This document shows positions 10,391-20,864 of a stretch of 64,000 nt of DNA, piece by piece. The notes under the pieces were generated by a model, which was not told where the DNA came from, searched no databases, and saw only the letters and a program-made list of their open reading frames with translations. Location of the stretch: positions 15,826 through 79,825 of the forward strand of contig CAVUWD010000009.1 of NCBI GenBank assembly GCA_963745025.1, given 5' to 3'. The position numbers and the translations under genes were made by a program. How positions within the stretch are numbered: position 1 is the first letter of the stretch; every line of letters begins with the position of its first letter. Source of the DNA: an uncultured delta proteobacterium. Lineage in GTDB: Bacteria > Desulfobacterota > Binatia > JACPRU01.

Positions 10391-10658
10391 GTGTCAACGG
10401 GCGGCCTACGGCCACTCGGCTTCTGCATCATCGCGAGCGGGAGAGGCCCGATCCCGTGGCTGCGCCCATCGACCGGAGAGCATCCCCCGGATCTTGGCTG
10501 TGTGCTTGGCGACGAAGGTTTCCATGGCGGCCATCGAGCTCCAGCCGGGGTCGCAGTGGAAGCAGTGCTCAAGCGCCACGGCGAAAGTACCAGCCGCGGG
10601 CGCCAGCCCGCCTTGGTTGCCGCCGAAGGTCCACGTTAGCTGACGATCATGTTGACAC
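10391..10658. mobile_element. Possible internally deleted IS remnant/MITE
   Basis: 8-bp terminal inverted repeat GTGTCAAC/GTTGACAC enclosing a short minus-strand peptide METFVAKHTAKIRGMLS reminiscent of a putative transposase N-terminus. Confidence 0.35.
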
Positions 10659-10694
10659 ACCGTAGCCTCGCCCATATGTAACCCCGCTGTTCTC

Positions 10695-12164
10695 ATGCTG
10701 TCCGATTCGTCACGCAGAGACCCGCGGGGCGGCGGTTTCCTCCGCCGATTGCGGCTCTGGGCGACCATCGCCGTCTTGCTCGCCATCGGCTATTTCGGCT
10801 GGGTGAAGTTCGAGTGGTCGCGTCCGACCGCGACGCTCCGGCAGCCGCTCCAGTTCCTTGGCAAGCACGCCGAGATTCCGCTCGACGTCGCCGACTGGGG
10901 GACCGGCTTGGCTTCGCTCGACGTCTCGATCGATGCTGGCGGAACGCGCTACCAGGTGCTTTCCGAGGGCTATCCGGCCGCGAGCTGGCGCGGCAGCGGG
11001 ATTCACGAAAAATCGTTCACGCTCGCAGTCGCCCCGAGCGACGCGAAGATGCCCGAAGGTCCGGCGAAGCTGACCGTCACGGCTCGCGACGGGTCGTGGC
11101 TGAACTTCCTCGTGTCGCGGCCGCCGACGCTCGTCCAGCCGATCCAGATCGACTACACGCCGCCGAGCGTGGAGGTGCTGACGACCCAACACTACATGCG
11201 GCTCGGCGGCAGCGACATGGTGATCTACAAGACGTCGAAAGACGCGGTGCGAAGCGGCGTCGTCGTGGAGCAGTACTTTTTCCCGGGGACCAAAGGCCTG
11301 CTTCCCGACGCGGACATCGCCGCGGCGATCTTCGCCGTGCCGCAGGATCTCACACCGGCCGCGCGCCCGAAGGTCGTCGCCGAGGATGCCGCCGGCAACC
11401 GGCGCGCGGCCGACTTCTTCGTTTCGATCAAGCCGCGGAAGTTCGCGGAGCGAACGCTCGACGTCAACGACGACTTCCTCAAGCGAAAAGTGCCGGGGCT
11501 TCTCGAGATCAACCACCTCGCCGCAACCGACGATCTGCTCGCGGGCTATCTCGCCATCAATCGCAGCCTCCGCAAGCAGAGCGAAGAGACCATACGCAAG
11601 GTGTGTAGCCACTCCGAACCGAAGATGCTGTGGAGCGAGGTGTTTCTGCGCCAGCCGGACTCCGCGCCGCTCTCGAGCTTCGCCGACCGGCGAACCTACA
11701 AGCACGACGGCACGGTCATCGATTCGCAGACCCACCTCGGGTTCGACCTCGCATCGTTGCGTCAGAGCCCCGTCGTCGCCGAGAACAACGGCAAGGTCGT
11801 GTTCGCCGAGAACCTCGGTATCTACGGCAATGTGGTGATCCTCGACCACGGCCTCGGGCTATTCTCGCTTTACGGACATCTGAGCTCGATCGGCGTGGCC
11901 GTCGGCCAGAGCGTGCAGCGGGGCGATAGCCTCGGGCGCACCGGCGAGACCGGCCTCGCCGCCGGCGATCATCTGCACTTCAGCATCATGGTCGACGGCA
12001 TACACGTGGACCCGGTCGAGTGGTGGGACCCCAAGTGGGTCGCCGATCACGTGACCGAGAAGCTGAAGTCCTTCGAGAACCCGGCGACCACGGCCGCGGC
12101 CGGCGCCCCGCCGGCGAGCGCTCCCCCGCCCGAAACCGGGCACCGAGGACGGCGCCGGCGGTGA
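10695..12164 (+). CDS. M23 (LytM) family metallopeptidase, membrane-anchored
   Basis: HLGFD, YGNVVILDHG, YGHLS, GDHLHF motifs; N-terminal TM helix. Confidence 0.93.
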   Translation: MLSDSSRRDPRGGGFLRRLRLWATIAVLLAIGYFGWVKFEWSRPTATLRQPLQFLGKHAEIPLDVADWGTGLASLDVSIDAGGTRYQVLSEGYPAASWRGSGIHEKSFTLAVAPSDAKMPEGPAKLTVTARDGSWLNFLVSRPPTLVQPIQIDYTPPSVEVLTTQHYMRLGGSDMVIYKTSKDAVRSGVVVEQYFFPGTKGLLPDADIAAAIFAVPQDLTPAARPKVVAEDAAGNRRAADFFVSIKPRKFAERTLDVNDDFLKRKVPGLLEINHLAATDDLLAGYLAINRSLRKQSEETIRKVCSHSEPKMLWSEVFLRQPDSAPLSSFADRRTYKHDGTVIDSQTHLGFDLASLRQSPVVAENNGKVVFAENLGIYGNVVILDHGLGLFSLYGHLSSIGVAVGQSVQRGDSLGRTGETGLAAGDHLHFSIMVDGIHVDPVEWWDPKWVADHVTEKLKSFENPATTAAAGAPPASAPPPETGHRGRRRR

Positions 12165-12165
12165 G

Positions 12166-13359
12166 ATGGCCGACCCGCGCGAAATGAGGCTCCGCCAAGG
12201 CCTGGAGGCATTGAAGCGCCTCGGCGTCTCGCCCGACGAGCCGAGCATCGAGACGCTCTCCGCGGCGCTCGGAGCCGATTCGACGACTGCTCTGGCGGTT
12301 GCCGAGCTTTGCGGCGGCATTGTGTCGGTCGAGAGCGCCCGACTGCTGGCGCGCATCGAAACCGACGCGCGCCTGGACAAGCCCTTGCGGCGGGAGGCGC
12401 GGCGCTCACTCTACCGGCTGAAGCAGAAAGGCATATCCGCTCCGGCCGCCGACGTGGGCACTGCCGCCCCGGCTCGGTCACCGCTCGCGGGCGCCGAAGC
12501 GGAGGGGTTTCTCTCCCTCAATGACCCGCTCGGCGACCGTCTCCTGTGGATTCTCAAGGCCCGCAGCGGCGGCGGCTTCTACCATTTGAGCACCGTCGTC
12601 AACGAGCCCGCCGGACTCAAGGAAGCGGTGCTCTCCGAAGTGAACCGCAAGAGCGTTCGAGCGCTGCGTGAAGAGCTCGAGGCGCGGCACGGGTTGCGGC
12701 TCGTCGAGATCGATTGGCGCTACTGTGACTGGGTTGCTGCCGAGGGCTACGAGCGAGCGCGGCAACGCGACGACGTTTCGGAATCGGCGGCGCACTATCC
12801 GCAACTTCGCCTTCAGCTCTTCCCGAAGGCGGCCGAGCCCGCTGACCTTCCGTCACCAGGCGACGTCACCCCGGCGAGCCTCGACTCGTCCGCTGCCCTC
12901 TTCGAGGAAGTCGAGCTCCATCAGTGGTTCTTGCCCGAGGCGCTCCTCGCTTCCCATCTCGCTCGCTATCGCGAGATCCGCGAAAGCCCGATCGTTCTCG
13001 ATCGGACGGCTCAGATCTCCCGCGTGGAAGAAATCGTGCAGGCCGCCGTCGCGGAGCTGTTCTCGGCCGAGCGTGCTTCGTCGTGGCGCCGACGCCTGGA
13101 CGAAGCGGCCTATTTTTTTGCCAAAACGGCCCGACCGGGCCCGGCGGGGCTCGCCACGGCCACGGCGGCAGCGATCGCCGAGCGGCGAAGCGGGCGTGGA
13201 ATCCCGTTCTGCGAGGAGCTGGTGCGTCGATCCTTCGGCCTGTTCTTTGCCCGCGACGCCGAGCGAGAGCGCGAGGAAAAGGCGTCGTCCGTGCTCGTCA
13301 CTCCGGACGACCTACGTGCCGAACAGGCCCGAGCGCGACAACGGCCGAGGGGACGGTGA
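12166..13359 (+). CDS. Conserved hypothetical protein (helical N-terminus)
   Basis: 397-aa ORF starting 1 bp after the M23 stop, normal codon usage, REARRSLYRLKQKG HEAT-like helix. Confidence 0.75.
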   Translation: MADPREMRLRQGLEALKRLGVSPDEPSIETLSAALGADSTTALAVAELCGGIVSVESARLLARIETDARLDKPLRREARRSLYRLKQKGISAPAADVGTAAPARSPLAGAEAEGFLSLNDPLGDRLLWILKARSGGGFYHLSTVVNEPAGLKEAVLSEVNRKSVRALREELEARHGLRLVEIDWRYCDWVAAEGYERARQRDDVSESAAHYPQLRLQLFPKAAEPADLPSPGDVTPASLDSSAALFEEVELHQWFLPEALLASHLARYREIRESPIVLDRTAQISRVEEIVQAAVAELFSAERASSWRRRLDEAAYFFAKTARPGPAGLATATAAAIAERRSGRGIPFCEELVRRSFGLFFARDAEREREEKASSVLVTPDDLRAEQARARQRPRGR

Positions 13360-13364
13360 GGAGC

Positions 13365-13445
13365 GGCTACCGGCCACCGGCTACAGGCTACCGCACAAAG
13401 ACCTATGGGGCTTTTGCGGTAGCCTGTAGCCGGTAGCCGGTAGCC
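13365..13445. repeat. Heptamer-unit palindromic intergenic element, copy B
   Basis: (GGCYACM)x4 - GCACAAAGAC CTATGG GGCTTTTGC - (KGTAGCC)x4 between convergent genes. Confidence 0.88.
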
Positions 13446-13446
13446 T

Positions 13447-14568
13447 CTAAAGCTTGATGAAAATGCGCTTGCGGTAGAAAACCTCCATGATCCCGAGCCA
13501 TACGACGACGTAGCTCACCGCAAACAGTAGCGAGGCCGCCTCCGGCGGCGCCCACCAGGTGAACAAAGTCTCGCAGATGCGCGCGCGGAGGTTCTCTCCG
13601 TGCAGGGTGATTCGCTCGAGCACTTCCCCCACGGCCATCGACAGCACGTACACGGCGATCGAGTTGACCCCGAAGACCACCAGGGGACGAACCGGCCGGC
13701 GCACCTGCTTCACGTCGACCAGCCAGTAACAGAACCCGAAAAGCATCGACGCCATGCCCGCGGCAAAGATGGCGTACGAGCTCGTCCAGAGATTCTTGTT
13801 GATCGGCAGCCAGAGACTCATCAGCTCGCCGGCGGCGACCGCCAGCGCCCCGGCGACGGTCAGGCCGAGCGTCGTCTGCCAGGGAGGCCGTTTGCCGAAT
13901 AGCCAGCGACCCGCGAGAACGCCGAACAGGGTCGTCGCGATCGCGGGCATCGTCGAGAGCAATCCCTCGGGGTCCCACGTCTGATGATAGAGGTGGCTCT
14001 CGCCAAAGATGCGCCGGTCGAGATAGGCGGCGAGGTTGTGCTCGGGGTCCAGGCGACCTGCCCCGGCCCCGGGAACCGGCACGAATTCGAGCAGCGCCCA
14101 GTAGCCGGCCAGCAGGCCGACGAGAATGGCGCTCTGGGAGCGCGGACCGGCCACGAGAGACACCACGGACGCCGCTAGGTAACACAGCGAAATTCGTTGC
14201 AGCACCCCCGGGATGCGCAACGTGGCGAGACCGTCGAGGTCCGTGAGCGCGTTCAGAACGATGCCGAGACCGAAAAGCAGAAGGGTACGCCGCAGAATCC
14301 GCAGCGAGACGTGCCCGGCGCCACGCGACGCACGGTCCGCCAAGGAGACGTGGATCGCGACACCGACGATGAAGAGAAAGAACGGGAAGATCAGATCGGC
14401 GAGCGTCCACCCGTTCCATTCCGCGTGCGTCAGCGGACCGTAAGCGTCGTTCCAGCTTCCCGGGTTGTTGACGAGGATCATCCCGGCGATGGTCAAGCCG
14501 CGGAAAGCGTCGAGCGCTACGACACGTCGCGAGGCTCGTACCGCGGAGCCGACGTCGGGGCGCGCCAC
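13447..14568 (-). CDS. HGSNAT/NagX-like (DUF5009) membrane acyltransferase; start uncertain
   Basis: LDAFRGLTIAGMILVNNPG, HAEWNG, DLIFPFFLF, PGVLQRI, DPEGLLST, INKNLWTSSY. Confidence 0.9.
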   Translation of the reverse strand: MARPDVGSAVRASRRVVALDAFRGLTIAGMILVNNPGSWNDAYGPLTHAEWNGWTLADLIFPFFLFIVGVAIHVSLADRASRGAGHVSLRILRRTLLLFGLGIVLNALTDLDGLATLRIPGVLQRISLCYLAASVVSLVAGPRSQSAILVGLLAGYWALLEFVPVPGAGAGRLDPEHNLAAYLDRRIFGESHLYHQTWDPEGLLSTMPAIATTLFGVLAGRWLFGKRPPWQTTLGLTVAGALAVAAGELMSLWLPINKNLWTSSYAIFAAGMASMLFGFCYWLVDVKQVRRPVRPLVVFGVNSIAVYVLSMAVGEVLERITLHGENLRARICETLFTWWAPPEAASLLFAVSYVVVWLGIMEVFYRKRIFIKL

Positions 14569-14651
14569 CTCGATCAAAGGCGCCAGAGGCTCGATCGACT
14601 GCGCGGGCCGCGCCACGAACCCGGCTCTCTCACGAAGAGCAGGCTCGCGGG

Positions 14652-15398
14652 CTACAGGTCGATGACCATCCCGTCTCGAGCGCACTCTTCTTTGACCTGG
14701 TCGAGCTTGCGGAGAACCTCACTGCCCAGATGCGAAAGCAAGACACGTCGAGCGCCGAGCCGGCTGCGATTCCGTTCGAACTGCGGATAGTTGATGTGAA
14801 AGTGGACCTGGGTCTCCCAGTAGCAACACTCGCAGAGGAAGAGATCGACGTCGGTGGTCCGACGGATGAATTCCTCCGTCCACCCGGAGTCTCCCGAGTA
14901 GACAATCGTCTTGCCGTCGACGGAGACCTTCACGCCGAGCGACGGCTCCCGCTCCTGATGCGGGACCGCGAACGGCTCGATCGCCACGCCTGCGACGTCG
15001 ACGTTCTCGCCGCCAACCAGCGTTTGGAAGCGGAGCGGAAACGTGAGCGGCCGGGCCGCCGTCTCCTTGTACATGGCGCGGAAGAGGTCCATCGTCCGCT
15101 GCTCGGTGCCCAGCGGACCCGCGATCAGCAGCTCCCGTTTCCGCGGCCGCTCGTAGAGGTACTCCATGATCATGAACGGAATACCGGCGAAATGGTCTCC
15201 GTGGAGGTGGCTGAGAAGGATGAAATCGATTTCGTCCGAGTCTTGGCCGACGTCCTTGAGCGCCGGGAGCACCGTCGGGCCCGCGTCCATCAGGAACGTC
15301 GCGGACCGAGCGCGCACCAGATACGCGCTTTGGCGCAGCCCGCCGCTGCCGAACGCGTCACCCGCACCGAGCACAACGACCTGTACGCGGCTTTTCAA
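14652..15398 (-). CDS. MBL-fold metallo-hydrolase (RNase Z-like)
   Basis: LGAGDAFGSGG, SHLHGDH, YSGDS, LSH motifs; TTG start. Confidence 0.9.
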   Translation of the reverse strand: MKSRVQVVVLGAGDAFGSGGLRQSAYLVRARSATFLMDAGPTVLPALKDVGQDSDEIDFILLSHLHGDHFAGIPFMIMEYLYERPRKRELLIAGPLGTEQRTMDLFRAMYKETAARPLTFPLRFQTLVGGENVDVAGVAIEPFAVPHQEREPSLGVKVSVDGKTIVYSGDSGWTEEFIRRTTDVDLFLCECCYWETQVHFHINYPQFERNRSRLGARRVLLSHLGSEVLRKLDQVKEECARDGMVIDL

Positions 15399-15597
15399 TG
15401 TTTCACCCTCGCGGTTGGGAATGAAACTTCGTGCCCGGCGCCATCGGCGAAAGTCCGATCGCTCTCGTCGATTTTTTGCCTGCTCGGTCGGGCATGTACG
15501 TCGCTAACTAATTATGGTCTTTCGGCACCTTCATGCAAACCGCGGCCCTTGCTTCCGAACTGCGCTTCTCCCGGAGCTGTCGCGTTCGGCTGGCTGT

Positions 15598-15957
15598 TCA
15601 GGGCCCGGCCGGACCCGAAGGTGTCGATTCGGAGCGAGCCCGCGGATGCGGCGCCTCCACCGATGGGGGAGCCTCGGCCTGCGGAACCGGGTCGCGACGA
15701 GCGGGCTCCCGCGTCGTCTCCTGTAGCTCGTTGAATCGACGCGTCAGCTGTTCGAACCCGTTGGCGAGCGTATCGAGCCGCGCGGCGAGCTGATCGCGCT
15801 GTTCTTTGGCCTCCTTGAGCGAAGCGATCGTGCTCGTCATCTCATGATAGTGCGGCGACAGTTGCAGAACGTAGTCACCGCTCGCGAACGCGAGATAGAG
15901 GATCGCGGAGATGATCGTGACCAGAACGCCCATGATGAACCCGTAGATGAATCGCAT
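15598..15957 (-). CDS. Hypothetical membrane-anchored coiled-coil protein
   Basis: N-terminal hydrophobic helix, heptad region, Pro-rich tail; GGAGGG SD. Confidence 0.72.
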   Translation of the reverse strand: MRFIYGFIMGVLVTIISAILYLAFASGDYVLQLSPHYHEMTSTIASLKEAKEQRDQLAARLDTLANGFEQLTRRFNELQETTREPARRDPVPQAEAPPSVEAPHPRARSESTPSGPAGP

Positions 15958-15984
15958 CGTTCCCTCCCGAGGCCCTGCTCGACG

Positions 15985-18900
15985 TTACCCACGGCTTGCA
16001 AGCTTCCAGAGCTCGCGCACGACCACAACCATCGCCGCAATCGAGATCTGCCGGCGGCTTGCCAAGTCCTCGATCAATGCACGCAGACGGCCGATCTCGG
16101 TTTCGTGCCCGACGGCGAAGGCTCGAAATCGGTCACGGATCTCGCGTTCGGGGCGGCCGAAAATCATCGCGGTCATGCGGCGACGGGCAGCCGACAGATC
16201 CTCCCGAAGCCCCTCCGCGGCGCGCTTCTCCCAGCGGTCGTCTCCCGGCACGGTCGCAAACCATTGATCGAGGACGCCGAAGTCGAGAATCTCGCCCGCT
16301 TTGCGGTAGAGGAAGCTCGCGTCGCCGAGCGGCAGCCGTCGTTCCCCGGCCAGGCGCGCGATCTCGAGCTCGCCACGCAGTCGCTCGAGGGCGTGGAGCG
16401 AACGGGCGATCCCCGGCTCGACGCCGAGGCGCTCGAGTCGAGTGACGGCCGCATCGGCTTCTGCGACAGACTCCCCCCGGGATCGGTCGGCGAGCTCGGT
16501 GAGCGCACGGCGCCAGGCGTCGATTCGCTCCCCCATCGGTCCCGGTTGGCGGAGCACGGCGACGAGCAGCTTGCAGGCCGACTCCACCGCCGCCTCCCAG
16601 CGAAGGCACAGCGCATAGGCGTCATCCGTGGGGATGGGCGCCGCGGCGAGCGCATCGAGCACGCGGTCGGCCTCGGAGACCGCCACCACCGCGACGAAGC
16701 TCGCGACCGCGGCCGGCGCGCCGGCCGCCGTGTCGCGAGCCATGCGCTGGGCGAAGCCCGACCCCATGCGGTCGACGACCTGATTGCCGAGCTCGGCGGC
16801 GATGATCTCGCGCCGCAGGCGGTGAGCACGGACCGCCTGGGGGAAGCGCTCGGTAATCCGGGACGGGAAGTACGCGAACAGGTACCGTTCGAACGTCGGG
16901 TCGTCGATCCAAGGCGAGGCCAGGAGCTCACGCTGCAACTGGAGCTTCGAATACGCGGCGAGCACGGCGAGCTCCGGCCGGGTGAGCCCGCGGAACGTGC
17001 CGCGGCGAAGCCGCAGCGCCTCCCGGTCCGGTAGGTACTCGAGCGCGCGATCGAGCGAGCCATCCTGCTCGAGCTGGGCCATCTGATCGCGGAACTCGAC
17101 CAGCCGCGTGACGCTCCGCCGCTGATCGAGCGACAGCAAGAGCGCCTGCCGCGCGTTGTGAGCGAGCACGTGCTCGACGACGTCGCTCTTTACGTCCTCG
17201 AGAACGCGGTTTCGCTGCACGAGCGAGAGCTCGCCGGATTCGAGCAACGGCTGGAAGAGGATCTTGAGATTGACTTCGTGGTCGGAGAGATCGACGCCGC
17301 CGGAATTGTCGATCGCATCGGTGTTGATCCGCCCGCCGCGCAGCGCCAGCTCCACCCGCGCACGCTGCGTGAACCCCAGGTTGCCACCCTCGGCGACGAC
17401 CGCCGCACCGATCTCCGCGGCGCTTCGCCGCACGCCGTCGTTCGCATGGTCGCCGACCTCGGCGTCTGTCTCGGTACTGGCACGCACGTACGTACCGATC
17501 CCGCCGTTGAAGAGCAGGTCGGTCTTCATGCCGAGGATCGCGCGGATCAACCCTTCGCCGTCGAGCCGCTCGTCGTCCACGCCGAGAAGCGCGCGCGATT
17601 CGGGCGAGAGCGGCGCCGCCTTGGCGCCACGGGCGACGATCATCCCGCCGGCGGAGAGGACCTTCTTGTCGTAGTCCGTCCAGACCGAACGCGGCAGACG
17701 GAAGAGCCGCTGGCGCTCTCGGAACGACGCCTCGGGATCGGGGCTCGGGTCGAGAAAGATGTGGGCGTGGTTGAATGCCGCCTTCAGACGAATCATCCGC
17801 GACCGCAGCATGGCGTTGCCGAACACGTCGCCGCTCATGTCGCCGATCCCGACCACGTCGAGCGGCACCTCCTGGGTGTCCTTGCCGAGCTCGCGGAAGT
17901 GGCGCTGCACGCATTCCCACGCGCCGCGGGCCGTGATCCCTTCTTTCTTGTGGTCGTAGCCGTGCGAGCCGCCCGAGGCGAAGGCATCGCCCAGCCAGTA
18001 GCCGTACTCCGCCGCGACCGAGTTGGCGAGATCGGAAAACGTCGCCGTCCCCTTGTCGGCGGCGACGACGAGGTAGGGATCGTCACCTTCGTAGCGCACG
18101 ACGTGAGCCGGCGGAACGATCACGCCGCGAACGATGTTGTCGGTCAGATCGAGCAACCCGCGCATCAACGTGGAGTAACACTCGCGAACCTCGGCCGCGC
18201 CGTCGGCACCGGCCTTCGCGCGCTTGACGACGAAGCCTCCCTTCGAGCCGACGGGCACGATGACGGCGTTCTTCACCATCTGGGTCTTCATGAGACCGAG
18301 GACCTCGGCGCGGAAGTCGTCGGGTCGGTCGCTGCAGCGGATGCCGCCCCGCGCCACCTTGCCGCCACGCAGGTGCAGCCCCTCCATGCGCGGGCTGTGC
18401 ACGTAGACTTCGTATAGGGGGCGGGGCTTGGGCAAGGACTCGATACGCTGCGAATGCACTTTGATGCTGAGGAACGGATGATCGGGTCGAGGCGGGCGGA
18501 AGTAGTTGGTGCGCACCGTGCCCTCGATCAGCGAGACGTAGTTGCGGAGCATCTGGTCCTCGCTCGCCGTGTCCACGCTCTCGAGCGCCTTCGAGAATCG
18601 CTCGCGGGCCGCCTGCGCCCGGCTCTCCCGCTCCGGCGAGACGGGGTCGAAGCGCACCGCGAAGAGATCGTAGAGCGCCCGCGCCGCATCCGCGTGTCGC
18701 AGCAGCACCTCGTTCAGCGCCGGCCGGCTCGGCCCCGCGTTCCCCTGGAAGGCGAGGTTCCGGTAGGTGCGCAGCAGCTCGACCTCGCGCCAGCCGAAGC
18801 CGGCGTCGACGACCAGTCGGTTCAGCGAGTCGTTCTCCGCCCGTCCGGCGCGGATCTCGAGGATCGCCGGCACGAGCGTCGGCGCCGCGCGACTTACGTC

Positions 18901-20733
18901 GAGGCGCTGCCCGTGGAGGTCCTGGACGAGAAAGCGAACGAGAACGATGCGCCCCTCGCCTTCGCCGAGCGCGACCGAGTCCTCGGCGAATACCCGCAGG
19001 CCGAGGTTTTCGAGCAGCGGTAGGAAATCCGAGAGCACGATTCCCTCGCCGCGGAGATAGAGCTTCAACATCGTGAAGCGGTCCGCATCCCCACCGACCG
19101 CGTTGGCGAGCTCGATCCCGACCGGCGCCGACTCCGTCAACGCTTCGAGATGGCGGATGTCGTTCAACGCGCTGGAAACCTCTGTTGCCGCCTTGTAGTG
19201 AGGCGTGAAGAGCGCCGCGTAGCGCTCGGCGAGCGCGCGCCCGCGCACCCCGCGATAGTCCGCGATCAGGCGCTCACGCAAGCGATCGTCCCAGGAACGA
19301 ACGTGCTCGGCGATGCGTCGCTCGATCACTTCGGCGCCGCCCGGGGGCTTGTCGACCGGCGCGACGTAGAAGTGAAGTCGAGCCTGTTCGCCCGCGCCGA
19401 GCGAAAGCTGGTGGTCGACGACCGGGCCTCCGAGATGCTCGGCGAGCAGCCGCTCGATCCAGTCGCGGACCTCGCCCGAAAACCGTTCGCGCGGCAGGAT
19501 CGTCGTGACCCAGACCCCGCGGCCGTGCGGACGAAAACGCACGCGCACGCCGTCGCCGGCACCGAGCGAGCGCACGGTGCGAATCTCCGCGCGCAGCTCG
19601 TCTGCGCCGAGCAGGAACAACTCGGTCTTCGGCATCGCCTCGAAGATCGCTTCGATCTCGCGAAAATCGTGGGAATCGGGAAGCGCCTGCTCGGCCGTCA
19701 GGATCTGTTGGAGCTTCTGCCGTACCACGGGAATCTCCGACGCGGGCTCCGCGTAGGCCTTGCTCGTGAAGAGCCCGTAGAACCGATGCTCGCACACGCC
19801 CCGCCCTTCCGCATCGAGGCGGCGAACGATGACGACGTCCATCGGGGCCGCGCGGTGAACGGTCGCCTCAGAGGCGGAGCGCGTGACCGCGAGCGGCGAG
19901 CGCCAGTCGTCCGTCAAGCGCTCGTTCACGGTCGCCGCGGCGCGCTGCGGCGCACGCAGGACACCGAGCGTCGATTCCGGGTCGAGCCGCACCGCTGCGG
20001 CGGAGCCGTCGCGCAGGAACTCGTACGACGCGGCGCCGAGAAAGACGAAGTTGTCGTCGCCGAGCCATACCAGGAGCTGGTCGATCTCGTCGGCTTCCGG
20101 GGAAGGAAGCACGGCGGAGCCGAGCTCGTCCCGCGCTCGCTCGAGACGGTCGCGCATCCGCCGGTAATCTTCGGTCGCCACGTAGACGTCGCCGAGCCGG
20201 TCGGCGAGCTCCCGCTCGAGGGCCGGCAGCTCGGTGTCTACCATGCGGTCGATCGCGCAGTGAACGAACGACTCCTTCCGTCCCTCGAGCGAGCGCATGC
20301 GCACGAGCGCTCCCGAATCATCCCGCTCGACGAAATAGATGGGGTGAAGGAGGTAGCGCACCGCGATCCCGCGCTTGTGGAGAAATTCGCGGATCGTGTC
20401 GACGATGAACGGCCGATCGCCGAGGTGGCTTTCGAAGATCGTATAGGGTGACTCCCACCCGTCGACCGCGAAGTTCGGCGTGCGCAGGCGGCAACGGACC
20501 GGGGACGTCGCGATCGAGAAGAAGCGAAAGGCGCTGGCAACGACGGCGACGCGGTCTTCCTCGGGGAGCTCCGCCGCGTAGCGTTCGCCGCCGCGGGCGA
20601 AGAGACCGCGCGCGAATGCGATCATCCCCTCCGCTTCGGCGTCAGGGAAACGCTTGCGAACTCGCCCCTCGAACCCTTCGGCGTCGAGGCAGGGATCCGC
20701 CGGCGACCGCTCGTCGCTAGGGGGCTGCACCAC
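15985..20733 (-). CDS. Large NAD-specific glutamate dehydrogenase (GDH2 family)
   Basis: 1582 aa; GLHLRGGKVARGG, QMVKNAVIVPVGSKGGF, YLVVAADKGTATFSD, GIGDMSGDVFGN, NTDAIDNSGGV. Confidence 0.97.
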   Translation of the reverse strand: MVQPPSDERSPADPCLDAEGFEGRVRKRFPDAEAEGMIAFARGLFARGGERYAAELPEEDRVAVVASAFRFFSIATSPVRCRLRTPNFAVDGWESPYTIFESHLGDRPFIVDTIREFLHKRGIAVRYLLHPIYFVERDDSGALVRMRSLEGRKESFVHCAIDRMVDTELPALERELADRLGDVYVATEDYRRMRDRLERARDELGSAVLPSPEADEIDQLLVWLGDDNFVFLGAASYEFLRDGSAAAVRLDPESTLGVLRAPQRAAATVNERLTDDWRSPLAVTRSASEATVHRAAPMDVVIVRRLDAEGRGVCEHRFYGLFTSKAYAEPASEIPVVRQKLQQILTAEQALPDSHDFREIEAIFEAMPKTELFLLGADELRAEIRTVRSLGAGDGVRVRFRPHGRGVWVTTILPRERFSGEVRDWIERLLAEHLGGPVVDHQLSLGAGEQARLHFYVAPVDKPPGGAEVIERRIAEHVRSWDDRLRERLIADYRGVRGRALAERYAALFTPHYKAATEVSSALNDIRHLEALTESAPVGIELANAVGGDADRFTMLKLYLRGEGIVLSDFLPLLENLGLRVFAEDSVALGEGEGRIVLVRFLVQDLHGQRLDVSRAAPTLVPAILEIRAGRAENDSLNRLVVDAGFGWREVELLRTYRNLAFQGNAGPSRPALNEVLLRHADAARALYDLFAVRFDPVSPERESRAQAARERFSKALESVDTASEDQMLRNYVSLIEGTVRTNYFRPPRPDHPFLSIKVHSQRIESLPKPRPLYEVYVHSPRMEGLHLRGGKVARGGIRCSDRPDDFRAEVLGLMKTQMVKNAVIVPVGSKGGFVVKRAKAGADGAAEVRECYSTLMRGLLDLTDNIVRGVIVPPAHVVRYEGDDPYLVVAADKGTATFSDLANSVAAEYGYWLGDAFASGGSHGYDHKKEGITARGAWECVQRHFRELGKDTQEVPLDVVGIGDMSGDVFGNAMLRSRMIRLKAAFNHAHIFLDPSPDPEASFRERQRLFRLPRSVWTDYDKKVLSAGGMIVARGAKAAPLSPESRALLGVDDERLDGEGLIRAILGMKTDLLFNGGIGTYVRASTETDAEVGDHANDGVRRSAAEIGAAVVAEGGNLGFTQRARVELALRGGRINTDAIDNSGGVDLSDHEVNLKILFQPLLESGELSLVQRNRVLEDVKSDVVEHVLAHNARQALLLSLDQRRSVTRLVEFRDQMAQLEQDGSLDRALEYLPDREALRLRRGTFRGLTRPELAVLAAYSKLQLQRELLASPWIDDPTFERYLFAYFPSRITERFPQAVRAHRLRREIIAAELGNQVVDRMGSGFAQRMARDTAAGAPAAVASFVAVVAVSEADRVLDALAAAPIPTDDAYALCLRWEAAVESACKLLVAVLRQPGPMGERIDAWRRALTELADRSRGESVAEADAAVTRLERLGVEPGIARSLHALERLRGELEIARLAGERRLPLGDASFLYRKAGEILDFGVLDQWFATVPGDDRWEKRAAEGLREDLSAARRRMTAMIFGRPEREIRDRFRAFAVGHETEIGRLRALIEDLASRRQISIAAMVVVVRELWKLASRG

Positions 20734-20864
20734 GGATCGCTTCCGTTGGGCGTGAACCGGCTCCGACCAGGCAGCCCACCGGGCTAGACGACTGCGTCAC
20801 GGATCGCTCCCGTGGGCGCGATCCCGGCTCCCACCGAAACATCGTACCGAGTTGGCCCGTTCGC

